Assembly (NCBI GenBank): GCA_964291655.2 | Contig: OZ219802.1 | Coordinates: 1,920,001 to 1,984,000 of the forward strand | Source: Chloroflexota bacterium | GTDB lineage: Bacteria; Chloroflexota; UBA11872; VXOZ01 | Direction: 5' to 3' | DNA: 64,000 bases | Shown here: piece by piece, positions 61,617 to 64,000 of the stretch | How the letters are laid out: each line of letters begins with the position of its first letter | How positions within the stretch are numbered: position 1 is the stretch's first letter | Notes under the pieces: generated by a model | Told to the model about the DNA's origin: nothing | The model's input: the letters and a program-made list of their open reading frames with translations, nothing else | Database searches by the model: none | Made by a program: the position numbers and the translations under genes

Positions 61617-61739
61617 CCCAGGGAGAGGGAGTAAGACTTTTCCTTCAGGATATTGTCATGCAAGGGTGTCCTAGGAGGCTGTCAGATGAGTTGACTCTAT
61701 AGGTCGAATCTTGCTGCAATCGGGGCTCTACGAAGCCCA

Positions 61740-62160
61740 CCCAGCACGAACGGTAGATGAAACTCGCCAGAAGCAACAGACCAGAGACTGCAGACCTGAA
61801 GCAATTGGGCGAAAGCAACAGACCAGAAGCAACAGAGCAGAACCAGCAGGACGAAACCAACTGGCCAGAACTAACAGAGCAGAATCAGCAGGGCATTACC
61901 AGCGCGGCAGAAACCGCACTGAACTGAAAGAGACTGTATCCGTTCGTCCTGAGCTTATCGAAGTACTCAAGACAGGCAAACCCAGCACGAACGATTTTGG
62001 AAACCCGACAGAAGCATCAGGCCAGAACCGGCAGGACGAAACCAACAGGGCAGAACTAATAGAGCAGAATCAGCAGGGCACTTCCAACGCGGCAGGAACC
62101 GCAATGTACTGAAAGAGACTGTATCCGTTCGTCCTGAGCTTGTCGAAGGATGAACGGATA
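61740..62160. repeat. Duplicated block (about 240 and 180 bp) made of degenerate 15-bp minisatellite units ending in a CCTGAGCTTGTCGAAG palindrome
   Basis: CAGAAGCAACAGACC-like units; CTGAAAGAGACTGTATCCGTTCGTCCTGAGCTT occurs twice. Confidence 0.75.
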
Positions 62161-62177
62161 CCTTTGGCGCAGCCCAC

Positions 62178-63182
62178 TTAGGCCATACGGTCGTACGTCT
62201 CCTCAGTAATGGGGTAGCGCAGCGGTTCGTTGTTGAGGGACCGCTCAAGCTCATCCACCATGGCGGCGCCTTGGCGCAGGCGCGTATCGTCTGACTGCCC
62301 GGCCATGTGCGGGGTCAAGAACACGTTTTCCATCCCGCGCAGCGGGCTATCCTCGGTCAGCGGTTCCGGGTTGAACACGTCGAGCACGGCGCGGATGCGG
62401 CCGGTAGCCAACTCAGCAATCATGTCATCCTGGTTCACAGCGCGCGCCCGCGCGTTATTGATGAACACCCCGCCATCCTGGAGCAGCTTGAAGTGCTTTG
62501 CCGTCACCATGCCGTCCGTTTCCGGCGTGGTGGGCGCGTGATTGGCGATGACGCGGCAGGTGCTGAAGAGTTCTTCCAGGGAGACGCGGGTTACGTTGAG
62601 CGCAGCGGCGCGTTCGTCCGGCAAGTAGGGGTCGTAAACCGCAATCGGCATGCCGAAGCCCTGCAGCTTCCGGATGACGCGTTGGGCTACATAGCCGCAG
62701 CCGATCAGTCCCACTCGTTGGGCTTCCAGCAGATTGCCGCCGGTGGCGCGGCACTCCGACCAGGGCTTTCCCGCGTGTATCCAGGCATTTTGCCGGTGCG
62801 GCCAGCGCAAGCCCAGCAGCATGCCGAACACCGTGAATTCCGCTACCGCTTCCGCAATCATGGGCGCGGCGTGGGTGACGGCGATGCCTTGTTCCAGCGC
62901 GGCTTTTGGGATAAGTCTTCTGATACTTCCCGCGCTGTGGGCGATGATGCGCAATTCAGTAGCGGCAGCCAAGACCTCCGGAGTAATCTCCGGCGTTCCC
63001 CAGCCGGTAATCAGCGCCGTGCAGCCGCCAATCCGACCCGCGACATCCGCGCTCGTTAGCCTTTCGTCATGATCGCCGCCACACACCGTGAAGAGTCCGT
63101 CGAGGCGCTCTTCACTCTCCGACGAGAAGAGACTTGAACGCAGTGTTTTGGTAATTGCGATGAAGAGTTCTGGTTTCGGCAC
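62178..63182 (-). CDS. D-isomer specific 2-hydroxyacid dehydrogenase
   Basis: ITGWG, HSAGS, GLIGCGYVA, INNARA, LDVF.PEP, LTPHMAG. GTG start after GGGAG. Confidence 0.93.
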   Translation of the reverse strand: MPKPELFIAITKTLRSSLFSSESEERLDGLFTVCGGDHDERLTSADVAGRIGGCTALITGWGTPEITPEVLAAATELRIIAHSAGSIRRLIPKAALEQGIAVTHAAPMIAEAVAEFTVFGMLLGLRWPHRQNAWIHAGKPWSECRATGGNLLEAQRVGLIGCGYVAQRVIRKLQGFGMPIAVYDPYLPDERAAALNVTRVSLEELFSTCRVIANHAPTTPETDGMVTAKHFKLLQDGGVFINNARARAVNQDDMIAELATGRIRAVLDVFNPEPLTEDSPLRGMENVFLTPHMAGQSDDTRLRQGAAMVDELERSLNNEPLRYPITEETYDRMA

Positions 63183-63373
63183 TGAAAGTCTCCCTTTGCA
63201 TTGCCTGGTCAACAATACCGTCAACTCTCCCGTATGCTACCAGACCCGAATGCGCGGTGCGGTTTTGCCGGTGCTGCGGGGCTGAAAGAGGCTGCGTAAG
63301 TCTTGACGATACGAATGTACCTTTATAATATACGTCTAAGTAGGTTTCAAAGTGGAAACAAGGAGGAAGGGTT

Positions 63374-64000
63374 GTGTCTCGAGTTTTGCGAGCGTTGTTA
63401 TTGTTCATTGTGGCTGGTTCACTTGTGCTGCTTGCATCAGCCTGCGCAACGGAGCCGGCCGCCGAGCCGGAGATGGCCGAAAAGGAAGAGATGGCAGCCG
63501 CGCCCACGGTGAAGATCGGCGTGCTGTTGCCTTTTACCGGGCCTCTAGGCGAGTTTGGCGCGGCCTTTGAGAAGGCGGCAGCCCTCGCCGAAGAGCATCT
63601 GGCCGCAGGCGGCTATCCGGTAGAGATCGTCTACGGCGACACCGAGACGAATCCCACGGCGGCCGTCGAGGCGGCTCGCAAGCTGGTGGACGTCGACCAG
63701 GTGCACGCGGTCATTGGCGCCGCGGCCAGTAGTTCCAGCTTGGCCGTTGCCGAGTCGGTAACGATCCCCAAGGGCGTGCCGCAGATTTCGTACGCGTCCA
63801 CGTCACCGCTGCTCACCATTCTGCCCGCTGACGAGGGCCAGGACTTCCTCTTCCGCACCGTCCCCTCGGATGCGTTGCAGGGTGTTGTGCTGGCGGGCGT
63901 CGCTGTGGAGCAGGGCTACACAAACGTGGCCATCCTCTACGTCAATAACCCATACGGCCAGGGCCTGAAGGACAACTTCCAGGCCGCGTTCGAGGCTGCG
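63374..64000 (+). CDS. Branched-chain amino acid ABC substrate-binding lipoprotein (3'-truncated by window edge)
   Basis: AGGAGG RBS, GTG start, ASAC lipobox, VKIGVLLPFTG, GAAASS, ISYASTSP, FRTVPSD. Not in the ORF track because it has no stop in the window. Confidence 0.92.
   Translation, partial: MSRVLRALLLFIVAGSLVLLASACATEPAAEPEMAEKEEMAAAPTVKIGVLLPFTGPLGEFGAAFEKAAALAEEHLAAGGYPVEIVYGDTETNPTAAVEAARKLVDVDQVHAVIGAAASSSSLAVAESVTIPKGVPQISYASTSPLLTILPADEGQDFLFRTVPSDALQGVVLAGVAVEQGYTNVAILYVNNPYGQGLKDNFQAAFEAA

Overview
GC-rich bacterial chromosomal segment. Gene content and style suggest Chloroflexota (inference). It carries housekeeping genes (uvrA running off the left edge, uvrB, rpmI, rplT, tyrS, CCA-type nucleotidyltransferase, moaD/moaE, comEA) among many stand-alone catabolic enzymes and transporter parts. 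I recognised no rRNA, tRNA, CRISPR array or intact transposase. Main points: (1) uvrA is absent from the ORF track because it lacks a stop in the window, yet it is one open frame with two in-frame insertions (about 212 and 83 codons) built from the palindromic repeats that fill the intergenic DNA. (2) At least four MITE families insert site-specifically into those palindromes and into each other, and identical copies sit inside the rpmI-rplT and moaD-moaE gaps. (3) There is a candidate replication origin at about 36.1-36.5 kb (DnaA boxes, GGCC, trio-like repeats, AT-rich tract) with no dnaA nearby. (4) Two AT-richer candidate defence or toxin modules (HEPN + DUF4365 nuclease + unknown; unknown + PIN) have unknown partners that look like remote homologues. 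(5) Smaller oddities: an apparent ACG start codon, orphaned antitoxins with toxin vestiges, and a MoaD with a tail after its Gly-Gly. Family assignments come from motif recognition, not database searches.
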